A stretch of DNA of 64,000 nt, from positions 1,088,001 through 1,152,000 of the forward strand of contig CBDFLJ010000001.1 of assembly GCA_965248835.1 (NCBI GenBank), given 5' to 3'. The notes under the pieces are model-generated. The model searched no databases, was not told the DNA's origin, and worked only from the letters and a program-made list of their open reading frames with translations. Numbering within the stretch: position 1 is the stretch's first letter; every line of letters starts with the position of its first letter. The position numbers were made by a program, and so were the translations under genes. Of the stretch, positions 1 through 13,463 are shown piece by piece. The DNA is from Alphaproteobacteria bacterium (GTDB lineage Bacteria > Pseudomonadota > Alphaproteobacteria > MPNO01).

Positions 1-274
1 CATGATGGACCGGCGCTATCTTGCGACCATCGCCGAACACTATGGCGGCGGGCCGGTCGGGGCCGACACGCTGGCCGCTTCCCTGTCCGAGCAGCGCGAT
101 GCGATCGAGGAAGTCATCGAGCCTTTCCTGATCCAGCAGGGGCTGGTCCAGCGCACCTCGCGCGGACGGGTGCTGGGCGATGCCGGCTGGCGCCATCTGG
201 GCCTCGCCGCGCCGGCGGGCGCGAACAGCCAGCTCGACCTGCTGCGTGATGCGGAGGCGGCCGATGATGCCTGA
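1..274 (+). CDS. ruvB: Holliday junction branch migration helicase RuvB, C-terminal part (5' end outside window)
   Basis: [14 protein letters not shown]...[13 protein letters not shown]...RTSRGR is the RuvB C-terminal winged-helix signature; lies upstream of ybgC-tolQ as usual. Confidence 0.95.
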   Translation, partial: MMDRRYLATIAEHYGGGPVGADTLAASLSEQRDAIEEVIEPFLIQQGLVQRTSRGRVLGDAGWRHLGLAAPAGANSQLDLLRDAEAADDA

Positions 275-725
275 CTCCGGCCGGTTCGACGGCGCCGAGC
301 ATGTCTACGGCCTGCGGGTCTATTACGAGGACACCGATGCCGCCGGCGTGGTCTATTACGCCGACTACCTGCGCATGGCCGAGCGCGCGCGCATCGAGAT
401 GATGCGGCTGCTGGGTGCCGGGCATGCGGCAATGGCCGCCGAGCACGGGCTGATGCTGGCGGTGCGGGAATGTTCGGTCGAATATTTCGCACCGGCGCGG
501 CTCGACGACATCGTCGAGATCCGCAGCCGGCTGACCGGGACCGGCGGCGCATCGATCCGACTCGAGCAGGTCTTCCGCCGCGGCACGACCGAGCTGGCGC
601 GGCTGCGCCTGCGGCTGGGCTGCGTCGGCGGAGCCAGGCAGCCGGCCCGCCTGCCGTCCTCCGTGCGCGCGGCGCTCGCGCGCCTGGAATCCGATTTCAT
701 GCCTGCCCAGAAACAGCGAGCCTGA
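264..725 (+). CDS. ybgC: Tol-Pal-associated acyl-CoA thioesterase YbgC
   Basis: [19 protein letters not shown] hot-dog motif; ATG 264/267 overlaps the ruvB stop; first gene of the tol-pal cluster. Confidence 0.93.
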   Translation: MMPDSGRFDGAEHVYGLRVYYEDTDAAGVVYYADYLRMAERARIEMMRLLGAGHAAMAAEHGLMLAVRECSVEYFAPARLDDIVEIRSRLTGTGGASIRLEQVFRRGTTELARLRLRLGCVGGARQPARLPSSVRAALARLESDFMPAQKQRA

Positions 726-727
726 CC

Positions 728-1447
728 ATGCAGCCCCTCCAATCCAACAGCCTTGCCGGATCGATCACGACCGATCTCTCGATCTGGGGACTGTTCCTCC
801 AGGCCGATGTCATCGTCCAGCTCGTCATGCTGCTCCTGATCCTGGCGTCGTTCTGGTGCTGGGCGATCATCTTCGAAAAGGCGCTGAGAATGCGCCGGCT
901 CAACCGCCAGGCGGCCCAGTTCGAGGAAAGCTTCTGGTCGGGCGACTCGCTGGATGAACTCTATGAACGGATCGGCCAGCGGCCGGAAGAGCCGATGGCC
1001 GCGATTTTCGTCGCCGCGATGCGGGAATGGCGTCGGTCGAGCGCGCGCGGGGCGGCGGGCGAGGACTCGCGCCTGACGCTGGGCGGGCGGATCGACCGGG
1101 TGATGGACATCACGCTGGGGCGCGAGCTCAACCATCTGGAGCGCCATATGAGCTTCCTTGCCTCGGTCGGCTCGACCGCGCCGTTCATCGGCCTGTTCGG
1201 CACCGTCTGGGGCATCATGAACAGTTTCCAGGCCATCGCACTGACCAGGAACACCTCCCTTGCGGTGGTCGCGCCGGGGATCGCCGAAGCGCTGTTCGCG
1301 ACGGCGCTCGGTCTGATCGCCGCGATCCCGGCGGTGGTCGCCTATAATAAGCTGTCCAACGACATTGGCCGCTATGCAGAGCGACTAGACGCCTTCTCCG
1401 GCGAGTTCGCCGCCATCCTGTCGCGCCAGGCGGACGTGAAGGCCTGA
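728..1447 (+). CDS. tolQ: TolQ inner-membrane protein
   Basis: APFIGLFGTVWGIMNSF and VAPGIAEALFATALGL motifs of the MotA/TolQ/ExbB family; operon context. Confidence 0.96.
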   Translation: MQPLQSNSLAGSITTDLSIWGLFLQADVIVQLVMLLLILASFWCWAIIFEKALRMRRLNRQAAQFEESFWSGDSLDELYERIGQRPEEPMAAIFVAAMREWRRSSARGAAGEDSRLTLGGRIDRVMDITLGRELNHLERHMSFLASVGSTAPFIGLFGTVWGIMNSFQAIALTRNTSLAVVAPGIAEALFATALGLIAAIPAVVAYNKLSNDIGRYAERLDAFSGEFAAILSRQADVKA

Positions 1448-1450
1448 TCG

Positions 1451-1933
1451 GTGGCGGCCCAACTCAACAGCAAAGGCAATGGCCGACCGCGACGGCGCCC
1501 TCGACGCTACCAGCCGATGAGCGAGATCAACGTCACCCCGATGGTCGACGTCATGCTGGTCCTGCTGGTGGTGTTCATGATCACCGCCCCGCTGTTGACG
1601 GTGGGCGTCCCGGTCGACCTGCCCAAGACCGAGGCCTCGCGCATCGTCGGCCAGGACGAGCCGCTGGTGATCACCATGCGCGCCGACGGCAAGGTCTTCA
1701 TCCAGGATACCGAGATCGACATGTCGAGGCTGATCGCCCGGCTGAACGCGATCACCGACAACCGCAAGGAGACGCGGATCTTCGTGCGCGGCGACAAGGC
1801 GATCGCCTATGGCCGGGTCATGGAGGTGATGGGCTCGGTCAACCTGGCCGGGTTCGATCACGTCGCCCTGATCACCGAACTGCCGCGCCGCGACAAGGCG
1901 TCGGGCGCCGACGGGCGGAACGCGGAACGCTAG
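1451..1933 (+). CDS. tolR: TolR
   Basis: MSEINVTPMVDVMLVLLVVFMITAP and VRGDK..YG motifs; GTG start. Confidence 0.95.
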   Translation: MAAQLNSKGNGRPRRRPRRYQPMSEINVTPMVDVMLVLLVVFMITAPLLTVGVPVDLPKTEASRIVGQDEPLVITMRADGKVFIQDTEIDMSRLIARLNAITDNRKETRIFVRGDKAIAYGRVMEVMGSVNLAGFDHVALITELPRRDKASGADGRNAER

Positions 1934-1936
1934 CCG

Positions 1937-2839
1937 ATGCGCGAAGGGATCCTCATGTCGGTTGGGCTTCATGTCGGGATCGTCGCGGTGGCGATCACCG
2001 GGCTGCCCCGGCTGATGGATCCCACCCCCTTGCCGGACTCGCCGGTCATCATCGAAGTCGTGACGGTCGACGAAGGCGAGATCGAAAAACTCGAGCGGGA
2101 GCCGGAGCCGGAGCCGATAAAGCCTGCCCCGGAGCCCCCGGCGGCCCGGCCCGAGGCGCCGAAGCCGGCGCCGGTCTCGGTACCGCAGCCCGACCCCATC
2201 CAGCCGGTCCGCGCCGCGCCGCCGCCCAAGCCAGTCATCGCCGTGAAGCCGCCGCCGCCGGTCGCCCCGAAGGCCAAGCCGGAGCCCGCGGTCGAGCCCA
2301 AGCCGGAAAAACCGAAGCTGAAGAAGCTTGCCCGCAGGATCGTGGCGCCGCGGCGCAAGCCGCCGACGCCGGATGCCTTCGAGGCGTTGCTGCGCAACCT
2401 CGACAAGCAGCGCCGGCGCCGCGCCGCTCAGACGAAGGTCGCGAAGGCGCAGACGGAGACGCCGCGCCTGAAGCGCCCCGAACGTCCCGTGCGCGGCGCG
2501 CCATCTGGGATCGAGCACCAGCGCGTCATCGCCGCCCTGATCAAAAACATCCAGGACCAGGTGCGGCCGTGTTGGTACCCGCCCATCGGCGCCAAGGACG
2601 CTCACGAGATCCGCGTCGGGGTGCGGATCCAGCTCAATCCCGACGGGACGCTGATCGGCAGACCGTATATCGTCGACCGTGATCGTCTGTTCCGCGATCC
2701 GGCGTTCCAGGCCTTCGCCGAGAGTGCGACCCGTGCGCTGCAGAACCCGCGTTGCAGCCCTCTTCGGCTCCCGCTGGTCAACTACGAGACCTGGCGCGAG
2801 ATCTCGTTCAACTTCGATACCACGGAGCTGCTGCAGTGA
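1937..2839 (+). CDS. tolA: TolA (Pro/Lys-rich linker, TonB_C-like C-terminal domain)
   Basis: N-terminal TM with SxxLH, Pro-rich linker, C-terminal CW..P...SATRA..C.PL; lies between tolR and tolB. Confidence 0.88.
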   Translation: MREGILMSVGLHVGIVAVAITGLPRLMDPTPLPDSPVIIEVVTVDEGEIEKLEREPEPEPIKPAPEPPAARPEAPKPAPVSVPQPDPIQPVRAAPPPKPVIAVKPPPPVAPKAKPEPAVEPKPEKPKLKKLARRIVAPRRKPPTPDAFEALLRNLDKQRRRRAAQTKVAKAQTETPRLKRPERPVRGAPSGIEHQRVIAALIKNIQDQVRPCWYPPIGAKDAHEIRVGVRIQLNPDGTLIGRPYIVDRDRLFRDPAFQAFAESATRALQNPRCSPLRLPLVNYETWREISFNFDTTELLQ

Positions 2840-4191
2840 AAATTCGGACCCCGTCAGATCACCGCCGCCGTGCGGTCAAACGGTTCCTGGCGGCGGTTGT
2901 CCTGAGCCTTGCCTTACCGGCGGCCGCCCGGGCCCAGCTCAGCGTCGATATCACCCGCGGCGATATCGAGCCGCTGCCGATCGCGATCCCGGACTTCCTG
3001 GGCGCCGCCGACAACGAAAAGACCTTCGGCCGCCAGGTCAGCCAGGTGATCACGGCCAACCTGGAGCGCTCCGGATTGTTCCGGGCGATCGATCGCGCGG
3101 CGTTCATCCAGTCACCGGAGGCGATCGGCATCCAGCCGCGGTTCGCCGATTGGCGTCTGATCAACGCCCAGGCGCTGGTCAACGGCCGTATCGAATTGAA
3201 GGACAACGGCCTGCTGGAGGTCGAGTTCCGGCTGTGGGACGTCTTCGCCCAGCAACAGCTTATCGGCATCCGTTATCGCACCGTGCCGGAGAACTGGCGC
3301 CAGGTCGCGCATCGGATCGCCGACAAGATCTATCAGCGGATCACCGGCGAGGACGGGTATTTCGACACCCGCGTGGTCTATATCGCGGAGTCCGGTCCGC
3401 CCTATCGGCGGGTCAAGCGCCTGGCGATCATGGACCAGGACGGCCAGAACCACCGCTATCTGACCAGCGGTGAGCACCTGGTGCTGACCCCGCGGTTCGC
3501 GCCGACGGAGCAGGAGATCACCTTCCTGTCCTATGTGCGCGAACGGCCGCGGGTCTATATCTACAACATCGACACCGGCCAGCAGGAGGTGCTGGGGGAC
3601 TTCCCCGGCATGACGTTCGCGCCGCGCTTCTCGCCCGACGGCAAGAATTTGGTCATGTCGATGGCCCAGGACGGCAACTCCGAGATCTACCTGATGGATC
3701 TCAGGACCCGGCGGACCCGCAGGCTGACCAACCATCCGGCGATCGACACCTCGCCGTCGCTGTCGCCGGACGGTTCCAAGCTGGTGTTCAATTCCGACCG
3801 CGGCGGGTCGCAGCAGATCTACGTGAAGAGCGTGGACGGCGGCGCGGTGCGGCGCATCAGCTTCGGCGAGGGCCGCTACGCAACGCCGGTGTGGTCGCCG
3901 CGCGGCGACCTGATCGCGTTCACCAAGATCCACCAAAGCAGGTTCTCTATCGGCGTCATGCGCCCGGACGGCACGGGCGAGCGCATCCTGGTGACGGACT
4001 TCCTGGTGGAGGGGCCGACATGGGCGCCCAACGGACGGGTGCTGATGTTTTTCCGCCAGCCGCGCCAACAGGCGGGCAAGGAAAAGCCCGGGCCGCGGCT
4101 CTATTCGATCGATCTGACGGGCTTCAACGAGCGCATGATCGGCACGCCGGGCGACGGATCGGATCCGGCATGGTCGCCGTTGAAACCATGA
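2836..4191 (+). CDS. tolB: Tol-Pal beta-propeller protein TolB
   Basis: Signal peptide, [23 protein letters not shown], repeated PxxSPDG motifs; GTG at 2836 overlapping the tolA stop is the likely start. Confidence 0.96.
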   Translation: MKIRTPSDHRRRAVKRFLAAVVLSLALPAAARAQLSVDITRGDIEPLPIAIPDFLGAADNEKTFGRQVSQVITANLERSGLFRAIDRAAFIQSPEAIGIQPRFADWRLINAQALVNGRIELKDNGLLEVEFRLWDVFAQQQLIGIRYRTVPENWRQVAHRIADKIYQRITGEDGYFDTRVVYIAESGPPYRRVKRLAIMDQDGQNHRYLTSGEHLVLTPRFAPTEQEITFLSYVRERPRVYIYNIDTGQQEVLGDFPGMTFAPRFSPDGKNLVMSMAQDGNSEIYLMDLRTRRTRRLTNHPAIDTSPSLSPDGSKLVFNSDRGGSQQIYVKSVDGGAVRRISFGEGRYATPVWSPRGDLIAFTKIHQSRFSIGVMRPDGTGERILVTDFLVEGPTWAPNGRVLMFFRQPRQQAGKEKPGPRLYSIDLTGFNERMIGTPGDGSDPAWSPLKP

Positions 4192-4368
4192 GCGTCGAAC
4201 ACGGGTTCGGAGAGCCGCGAATTGTCGAGGAAGCGGCGGAAATACCGCGCTTATGTCGTTGCCGCCGGTGTCGCCGGTTGAATTTCTCCGGTCCGTGGGT
4301 AATATGTTCGCTTCGATGCCGCGCCGGCGATTCAGCGTGCAGGGCGCGTAATCCTGGGGGTACGTCAA

Positions 4369-4935
4369 ATGTTGCTTAGGATTATGGCTGTTGCCATAAC
4401 CGTGTCGATGCTGTGGGCATGCAGCTCCACCCGGGACGAGGCGGAAACGACCTCGTCCTCGGGCGATGCGGCCACTGCCGCGGCGCCGACGGGTACCGAA
4501 TCGCCGTCGCCCCCGATCATTTCGGAACCCACCGACCAGCCGCCGGCCATACAGTCCGGAACGGTCGAGGACTTCGCGGTCAATGTCGGCGACCGCGTCC
4601 TGTTCGGCACCGATCGGTTCGATCTGACCGGCGATGCCCGCGAGGTGCTGCGGCGTCAGTCGCAGTGGCTGAACCAGTACCCGAGCGTGGCGATCACCAT
4701 CGCCGGCCACGCCGATGAGCGCGGGACTCGGGAATACAACCTCGCGCTGGGCGAGCGGCGGGCGATCGCGGTGAAGAACTATCTGGTCGCGCTCGGGGTC
4801 GATTCGCGCCGCATACGGACCATCAGCTACGGCAAGGAGCGTCCGGTCGATCCAGGGTCCAACGAGGAGGCCTGGGCGAAGAACCGCCGCGGCGTCACCC
4901 AGCTCGAAGACGCGACGCTCAGCCTGTCCAACTGA
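4369..4935 (+). CDS. pal: Peptidoglycan-associated lipoprotein Pal
   Basis: Lipobox LWAC; GHADERGTREYNLALGERRA and ISYGKERP (OmpA_C). Confidence 0.97.
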   Translation: MLLRIMAVAITVSMLWACSSTRDEAETTSSSGDAATAAAPTGTESPSPPIISEPTDQPPAIQSGTVEDFAVNVGDRVLFGTDRFDLTGDAREVLRRQSQWLNQYPSVAITIAGHADERGTREYNLALGERRAIAVKNYLVALGVDSRRIRTISYGKERPVDPGSNEEAWAKNRRGVTQLEDATLSLSN

Positions 4936-5053
4936 CCGCGCCGGGTTGCGGCCGCCGCGTGGGCACCGCCGCAAAATCGCCGGAATCGTGCCGCAACCTG
5001 GCATCCGGGCGCCGTGCGCTCGGCGTCGGACCAGGAAAGAGGGGCGAAATCCG

Positions 5054-6019
5054 ATGAATACACATCCCGGTCGCCTGCTCCGGTTTCCGTTCACAAGCCG
5101 GCTCGCGCTTGCCGTGCTGGCACTGGCGATGGTCTCCGGCGGGCCGGTCCTCGCGCAATCGGACCGGATGGGCGAACTGACCAACCGGATGGGCGAACTG
5201 ACCAACCGGATCGAGCGGCTGCAGCGCGAGCTCCAGACACTGCGGCAGACCGTCGACCGTGGCGCGCAATTCGCGGCCACCGTCGAGGTCCGGCTGGGCG
5301 AGCTCGAGAGGCTGATCCGCGGGCTGGAGCAGCGGATCGAGTCGCTGGAGATCGTTGGTCGCCGCGCCAAGCCCAAGCTCGAACGGCTGGCGGCCGACCT
5401 GGAGCACCGGCTGCGCACCCTGGAGCAGAGCGGGTTGCCGCCGTCGCCGGTCGCCGGGATCGGGACGGGCGCGGCGCGGGCCGCGACGATCATCGGCGGG
5501 ACCACGGCGCCGGATGCTCCGCCCAGGCCGCTGGGCACGCTGCGGCTGACCAAATCCGGCCAGCCGGTCGCCCCGGTCGGCGCACCACAGGGCGCCGGGG
5601 CCGCGTCGGCCGCACCGGTCCTGCCCGAGGGCGATCCCAAGGAGCAGTACGACTACGCGCTGTCGCTGATCCTGAACGCGCAGGACTTCGCCAAGGCGGA
5701 GAAGGCCTTTGCTGCCTTCATCGAAAGGCACCCCGAGCACGATCTGGCCGGAAACGCCTATTTCTGGCTCGGCCAGACCCATTTCGTCCGCAAGGATTTT
5801 CAGAACGCCGCCTTCGCGTTCGCCGACGGGTTCCAGAGATTCCCGCGCAGCGACAAGGCGCCGGAGAACCTCTACAAGCTCGGCACGTCGCTGGGCAGGC
5901 TGGGCAAGACCCGCGAGGCCTGCACCGCCTTCAGCCGGCTGCTGGAGACTTTCCCCAAGGCAAATCGAACCCTGAAGACCCGGATCTCGCGCCAGCGCAA
6001 ACGCCTGAAATGCACCTGA
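5054..6019 (+). CDS. cpoB: Cell division coordinator CpoB (YbgF)
   Basis: Signal peptide, coiled coil, C-terminal TPRs (AGNAYFWLGQ, KAPENLYKLG...EAC); follows pal. Confidence 0.92.
   Translation: MNTHPGRLLRFPFTSRLALAVLALAMVSGGPVLAQSDRMGELTNRMGELTNRIERLQRELQTLRQTVDRGAQFAATVEVRLGELERLIRGLEQRIESLEIVGRRAKPKLERLAADLEHRLRTLEQSGLPPSPVAGIGTGAARAATIIGGTTAPDAPPRPLGTLRLTKSGQPVAPVGAPQGAGAASAAPVLPEGDPKEQYDYALSLILNAQDFAKAEKAFAAFIERHPEHDLAGNAYFWLGQTHFVRKDFQNAAFAFADGFQRFPRSDKAPENLYKLGTSLGRLGKTREACTAFSRLLETFPKANRTLKTRISRQRKRLKCT
5163..5211 (+). repeat. Perfect 21-nt tandem repeat (2.3 copies) inside cpoB
   Basis: ACCGGATGGGCGAACTGACCA x2 plus ACCGGAT, encoding RMGELTN RMGELTN RI. Confidence 0.95.
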
Positions 6020-7359
6020 GCACGGACCCGCGCGCGTGCGCGGGACCGCCGCTGCACGACGATGAATTCGCCGGCCTGATGGCCCGCCTGGGTCCGTTCG
6101 AGCCGGCGCCGCGCCTCGCAGCGGCAGTCTCGGGCGGTGCGGACAGCTTGGCGCTTGCCATGCTCGCGGCCGCGTGGGCCAGCGCGGCGGGCGGGTCGCT
6201 GAGGGCGCTGGTGGTCGATCACCGGCTGCGCCCGGGCTCGACCGCCGAGGCCCGGCGCACCGCCAGGATGCTGCGCGATCACGCAATTCCGGCGGTGGTC
6301 CTGACCCGGGCGGGCGCGGTGCCGCGCACCGGCATCGAAGCCGCCGCGCGCCAGGCGCGCTATCACCTGATGGGCCGATGGTGCGCCGACCACCGAATCC
6401 TTCATCTCCTGGTCGGCCATCATCACGACGATCAGGCGGAAACCGTGCTGATGCGGCTTGCTGCCGGCAGCGGGCTGGACGGGCTGGCGGCGATGCCGGC
6501 GGTTCAGGAGACACGCTGGGGCCGGCTGCTGCGTCCGCTCCTGCCGGTGCCGCGCGAACGGCTGCGCGCGCTGCTGCGGGCGCGCGGGCTGGGTTGGATC
6601 GAAGACCCCTCGAACAGCGAGGAAGCTTTCGCCAGGGCACGCCTGCGCCGGTCCGCGTCCATCCTGGCTACGGAAGGCCTGACCGCCGGCCGGCTGTCAC
6701 GGACGGCGGCGCGTGTGGGCGCAGGCCGCACGGTGCTGGAGGGCGCTACAGCGGCGCTGCTCGCCTCCGGGGCCTGGATCCATCCTGCAGGCTTCGCGCG
6801 CCTGGACCGCGGCGTGATCGCGCAGGCGCCTGCCGATCTCGCCTGGCGCGCGTTGGAGCGGGTGATCCGGACCATCGGTGCCGGAGACTACCCGCCGCGC
6901 CGCGAACGGCTCCAGCTTCTGTTCGAGATGGTCCGCGGCGGGGGGGCGGTGAGCCCGCGCACGCTCGGCGGATGCATCATCCGGCCGGAGCGCACGGGGT
7001 TGCTCGTGGTGCGCGAGCCCGCGGCGATCGAGGCGGCCATCCCGGTCGGCGGCGGCATCGAGATCGTGTGGGACCGCCGTTTCCGGGTGTGTATCTCGCC
7101 GGCCGTGAGGACCGGACGCGGCCTGTGGATCGCCGCGCTCGGCCGCGCCGGCTGGCGGTCGGTCAAGGCCGCCGGTGCCGTCGAGGCCGCAAGGATCATC
7201 CCGCCGGCCGCACGCGCCGGCCTGCCGGCGCTTTTCGACCGCCGGGGCCTGGTCGAAGTGCCGCATCTGGCCTACGTCCGGGGCCGCGCCGCAGTGGTCG
7301 ATCGGCTGGTGTTCGCGCCCCCGCACCCCCTTGCCGCGGCGGAGTTTTCGGTTGTTTAA
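6010..7359 (+). CDS. tilS: tRNA(Ile)-lysidine synthetase
   Basis: [10 protein letters not shown]-loop, [29 protein letters not shown]; between cpoB and ftsH. Confidence 0.95.
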   Translation: MHLSTDPRACAGPPLHDDEFAGLMARLGPFEPAPRLAAAVSGGADSLALAMLAAAWASAAGGSLRALVVDHRLRPGSTAEARRTARMLRDHAIPAVVLTRAGAVPRTGIEAAARQARYHLMGRWCADHRILHLLVGHHHDDQAETVLMRLAAGSGLDGLAAMPAVQETRWGRLLRPLLPVPRERLRALLRARGLGWIEDPSNSEEAFARARLRRSASILATEGLTAGRLSRTAARVGAGRTVLEGATAALLASGAWIHPAGFARLDRGVIAQAPADLAWRALERVIRTIGAGDYPPRRERLQLLFEMVRGGGAVSPRTLGGCIIRPERTGLLVVREPAAIEAAIPVGGGIEIVWDRRFRVCISPAVRTGRGLWIAALGRAGWRSVKAAGAVEAARIIPPAARAGLPALFDRRGLVEVPHLAYVRGRAAVVDRLVFAPPHPLAAAEFSVV

Positions 7360-7466
7360 TTCACCGTCGGCACTATGTAATGATCCAACAGCGGCGGCGC
7401 TCGGTCGCGGTCCGGATCGGGCCGCCGGACGAGTGCTGCTTCGGCGTGACCCGGGAAAGCGAATCG

Positions 7467-9406
<1,940 letters not shown>

Positions 9407-9410
<4 letters not shown>

Positions 9411-10579
9411 GCGCCGGCACCCACCGATCCACCGCGTTCTCCGTCGAATGGAGCCCCGGGTTGCCCCGGGGCTTCGCCTTTGACGGGCCGCCGGAGACCG
9501 CGGTCGCACTGCAGCCGACCGGCTTCCTGACCGGCGATGCCGCGGACGCCACGGTCCTGGCCGGGACGGGACGGCCCGTGGCCGGCGGACCGGTAGCGTT
9601 CACCGGGTGCGTGGTCATGCTCGCCAACCAGCGCAGGCTCGTGCGGGCGGCGGCGAGCCTGACCGACATCGCGGACTGGCTGGGCGGCGAATCCGGCGCG
9701 CTGGAGGCCGCGGTCGCCGACAGGCTCGAGCGGATAAGCCGGCCGCGCCCGGACTTCGCGGGACTCGGGCTCGACCGGGCGCGTTTGATCGGGGTGGTCA
9801 ACGTCACCCCGGACAGCTTCTCCGACGGCGGCGACCGGCTCGATCCGCAAACCGCGATCGAAGCCGGGCTGGCAATGGCCGAGGCGGGAGCGGACCTGAT
9901 CGATATCGGCGGCGAATCGACCCGCCCGGGTGCGGCGGCGCCCGTTTCGGTGGACCGGGAATGCGCGCGCGTCCTGCCGGTGATCCAGGCGCTTGCCGGG
10001 CGCGGGCTGGCGGTCTCGGTCGACACCCGCCGGGCCGCGGTCATGGCCGCCGCGCTGCGGGCCGGGGCGGCGGTCGTCAACGACGTCAGCGCCCTGAGCG
10101 AGGATGCGCCGGCGCTCGGGCTGGTGGCCGAGACCGGCACGCCGGTCATCCTGATGCACAAGCAGGGCAGGCCGGCAACCATGCAGGATGCGCCGTCCTA
10201 CGCCGATGCGCCCTATGAGGTCTTCCGCTTCCTCGACGGCCGGGTCGCGGCGTTGCGGGGCCTGGGCCATCCCGACGGCGCGGCGGCGGTCGATCCGGGG
10301 ATCGGCTTCGGCAAGGACGACCACCACAACGGCGCCGTGCTTGCCGGGATCGGGTTGCTGCATGCCACCGGCTGTCCGGTCGTGCTCGGCGCCTCGCGCA
10401 AGAGCTTCATCGGCCGCATGTCGCGCGGCGAGCCGCCCAAGGAGCGGCTTCCGGGCTCGATCGCAGCACTCGCCGCGGCAGCGCTCCAGGGCGTTCAGCT
10501 CTTCCGTGTCCATGACGTCGCCGAGACCCGCCAGGCGCTCGCGGTTGTTGCAAGACTTGGCGGAACGGGCGTACCTTGA
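9407..10579 (+). CDS. folP: Dihydropteroate synthase with about 120-aa N-terminal extension
   Basis: [40 protein letters not shown]; ftsH-folP-glmM synteny. Confidence 0.95.
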
Positions 10580-10664
10580 TGCGCCGCGAAGCGCCGGTTT
10601 CCGCGGTTCGGAGCCGGGCGGCATTCAACGCCGCGCGCAAGATCATCGAACACCACAAACGGTC

Positions 10665-12011
10665 ATGACACGCCAACTCTTCGGTACTGACGGCATCAGA
10701 GGCTTGGCGAACGTGGAGCCGATGACCGCGGAGACGGCGCTTCGCGTCGGCATGGCTGCGGGCAGGATCTTCACCCGCGGCGATCACCGCAATCGCGTGG
10801 TCATCGGCAAGGACACGAGGCTGTCGGGCTACATGCTGGAGCCGGCGATGGCATCGGGTTTCCTCGCCATGGGCATGGACGTAACCATGATCGGGCCGAT
10901 GCCGACGCCTGCGGTCGCGATGCTGACCCGCAGCCTGCGCGCCGATATCGGGGTGATGATCTCGGCTTCGCACAACGCCTTCGAGGACAACGGCATCAAG
11001 CTGTTCGGCCCCGACGGCTACAAGCTGTCGGTTGCGACGGAGGCCGAGATCGAAGCGCTGGTGGACTCCGACCTCAGCGCCCATTACGCCCGCTCCGGCG
11101 ATCTCGGCCGCGCGCAGCGGCTCGACGACGCCGAGGGCCGCTATATCGAGTTCGTCAAGAACACCTTTCCCCGGGGGCTGCAGCTCGACGGTTTGAAAGT
11201 GGTCGTCGACTGCGCCCATGGCGGCGGATACAAGGTCGCGCCGAAGGCTCTTTGGGAGCTCGGCGCCGACGTCATACCGATCGGCGTGGAGCCGGACGGC
11301 TTCAACATCAACCGGAGCTGCGGCAGCACCGACACGTCCGCGATGCAGGAGGCGGTGCGCATGCACGGCGCCGATGTCGGCATCGCGCTCGACGGCGATG
11401 CCGACAGGGTCTTGATTGCCGACGAGACCGGCGCGCTGCTGGACGGCGACCAGGTCATGGCGATGATCGCCCGCTCATGGCACCAGTCCGGCCGGCTGAA
11501 GGGCGGCGGGCTGGTCACCACCGTCATGTCCAATCTCGGCCTGGAGCACTTTCTGCGGGAATACGGGCTGAAGATCGAACGCACCCGCGTCGGCGACCGC
11601 TACGTCGTCGAGCACATGCGCACACACGGCTTCAACGTGGGCGGCGAGCAGTCCGGCCATATCATCCTGAACGACTACACGACCACCGGCGACGGGCTGA
11701 TTGCCGCGCTGGAAGTCCTGGCGGTCATCGTCCAGTCCGGAAAGCCGGCGAGCGAGATCTGCCGGGTGTTCACGCCGCTGCCGCAGCTCCTGCACAACGT
11801 GCGCTTCGCCGGCGGGTTCCCGCTGGACAACGAATCGGTGCAAAGCGCGGTGCGCGAGGGTGAATCCAGGCTCGGCGAGAACGGCAGGCTGTTGATCCGC
11901 AAGTCCGGCACCGAACCGTTGATCCGCGTGATGGCCGAAGGACGCGACGAGACGCTGATCGCCGAGGTGGTGGGCAAGATCGTCAACGCCATCGAGCGGA
12001 CGGCGGCCTGA
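10665..12011 (+). CDS. glmM: Phosphoglucosamine mutase
   Basis: [34 protein letters not shown]. Confidence 0.97.
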   Translation: MTRQLFGTDGIRGLANVEPMTAETALRVGMAAGRIFTRGDHRNRVVIGKDTRLSGYMLEPAMASGFLAMGMDVTMIGPMPTPAVAMLTRSLRADIGVMISASHNAFEDNGIKLFGPDGYKLSVATEAEIEALVDSDLSAHYARSGDLGRAQRLDDAEGRYIEFVKNTFPRGLQLDGLKVVVDCAHGGGYKVAPKALWELGADVIPIGVEPDGFNINRSCGSTDTSAMQEAVRMHGADVGIALDGDADRVLIADETGALLDGDQVMAMIARSWHQSGRLKGGGLVTTVMSNLGLEHFLREYGLKIERTRVGDRYVVEHMRTHGFNVGGEQSGHIILNDYTTTGDGLIAALEVLAVIVQSGKPASEICRVFTPLPQLLHNVRFAGGFPLDNESVQSAVREGESRLGENGRLLIRKSGTEPLIRVMAEGRDETLIAEVVGKIVNAIERTAA

Positions 12012-12017
12012 GGCCGC

Positions 12018-12815
12018 ATGCCGGCCCGGGTGCTCATCGTCGCCGGCTCCGATTCGGGCGGCGGCGCCGGCATCCAGGCCGACATCAAGACCGTCACCGC
12101 GCTGGGCGGGTACGCCGCGACCGCGATCACCGCTCTGACCGCCCAGAACACCATTGGCGTCCACGGCGTGTTGCCGATCGAACCGGCGTTCATCCAGCGG
12201 CAGATGCGGGTGGTCATCGACGATATCGGCCTGGATTGCGTCAAGACCGGCATGCTGCACTCAACCGAAGTGATCGAAGCGGTGGCCGAGGTCCTGGACG
12301 AGATCGGCGACGTTCCGGTGGTGGTCGATCCGGTGATGGTGGCTAAGGGCGGTGCGCGGCTGCTGGAGCAGGAAGCGGTCTCGACGCTGAAGGCCCGGCT
12401 GCTGCCGATGGCCGCCGTGCTGACGCCCAATGTTCCTGAGGCCGAAGCGCTCACCGGGCTCGCGATCACCGACCTGGACTCCATGAGGCAGGCGGGCGGC
12501 GCGCTCCTGCGCGCGGGCTGCAGGGCGGTCTATCTCAAGGGCGGGCACCTGCCGGGCCCGCGGGTCCAGGACCTGGTCATGACCGCGGAATCCTCTTCGG
12601 TCCTGACCGGGAGGCGAATCGAGACCGCCCAAACGCACGGCACGGGCTGCACCCTGGCATCGGCGATCGCAACCGGCCTTGCCCAGGGCCTCGACCTGGC
12701 ACGCGCGGCGCGACGCGCCCAGGCCTACGTTCACAAGGCGATCGCGCAAGCGCCGGGTATCGGGGCGGGACACGGGCCGGTCTGGCACGGCCATACCGTC
12801 GCCGCGTTCGATTGA
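12018..12815 (+). CDS. thiD: Hydroxymethylpyrimidine/phosphomethylpyrimidine kinase
   Basis: AGSDSGGGAGIQADIK, DPVMVAKGG, TPNVPEA, THGTGCTLASA. Confidence 0.96.
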   Translation: MPARVLIVAGSDSGGGAGIQADIKTVTALGGYAATAITALTAQNTIGVHGVLPIEPAFIQRQMRVVIDDIGLDCVKTGMLHSTEVIEAVAEVLDEIGDVPVVVDPVMVAKGGARLLEQEAVSTLKARLLPMAAVLTPNVPEAEALTGLAITDLDSMRQAGGALLRAGCRAVYLKGGHLPGPRVQDLVMTAESSSVLTGRRIETAQTHGTGCTLASAIATGLAQGLDLARAARRAQAYVHKAIAQAPGIGAGHGPVWHGHTVAAFD

Positions 12816-13337
12816 TCAGCGGCGCTTGGACTCGGGCCGCGGGCCGGCGGCGGCAAGCCGTTCCAGCACCTTGCCCCGCTCGCTCTCGTTGATAATGCCG
12901 AGCACCACCTTGCGGTAGCCTTCCACCGCCTCGGCGCCGGCGTCGCGATAGGCCCGGGCGATGCGGGCGCGTTGGCTTTCGGACAGCCGGCGCTCCAGCT
13001 CGATTCCCTTCCCCGCCAGCTCCAGAAGCCGCTGGCGGCGGTCCCGCGTGCCGGGGCTTGCGATAATGAACCCTTCGCGGATGAGCTGCCCCAGCACGCG
13101 CGACAGGCTCTGCTTGGTGATCTTCAGGATGTCGAGGAGCTCGGAGACCGTGATCCCGGGGTTGCGGCCGACGAAATGGATAACCCTGTGGTGGGCGCGG
13201 CCGAACCCGTACTCGCTCAGGATCGCATCCGGCTCGGAAATGAAGTCGCGATAGGCATAGAACAGCAGCTCCATGCCCTGACGCAATTCTTCTTCACGCA
13301 GATAAAGCGGGTTGAAGCCTGATTTTATGTCAGCCAT
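12816..13337 (-). CDS. MarR-family transcriptional regulator (PetP-like)
   Basis: ELLFYAYRDF..PD..L..YGFGRAHHRV, ITKQSLSRVL, DRRQRLL winged-helix pattern; divergent from ilvE. Confidence 0.9.
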   Translation of the reverse strand: MADIKSGFNPLYLREEELRQGMELLFYAYRDFISEPDAILSEYGFGRAHHRVIHFVGRNPGITVSELLDILKITKQSLSRVLGQLIREGFIIASPGTRDRRQRLLELAGKGIELERRLSESQRARIARAYRDAGAEAVEGYRKVVLGIINESERGKVLERLAAAGPRPESKRR

Positions 13338-13343
13338 GTTGAC
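13329..13343. promoter_or_regulatory. Imperfect inverted repeat over the MarR start codon; candidate autoregulatory operator
   Basis: GTCAGC-CAT-GTTGAC in the AT-rich divergent region between marR and ilvE. Confidence 0.4.
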
Positions 13344-13463
13344 TTATATGCCTTATGAATGTTACCCCAGGCAAGGGTGTCCGCAGAATATTATGTCTCA
13401 GGACGGTGCTTCCCGCGACGGCATTGTCCGAGTCGGGGCCGGACGGACGTCGGGAAGGCGAGC

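Noticed and set aside
2090-2320. Low-complexity Pro/Glu/Lys repeats in tolA
   Set aside because: Normal periplasm-spanning linker of TolA/TonB-type proteins.
3112-5640. 842-aa minus-strand ORF, and similar long antisense ORFs such as 7356-9509, 39342-41432 and 59081-61045
   Set aside because: They overlap well-supported genes on the opposite strand and have Arg/Pro/Ala/Gly-rich, motif-free translations.
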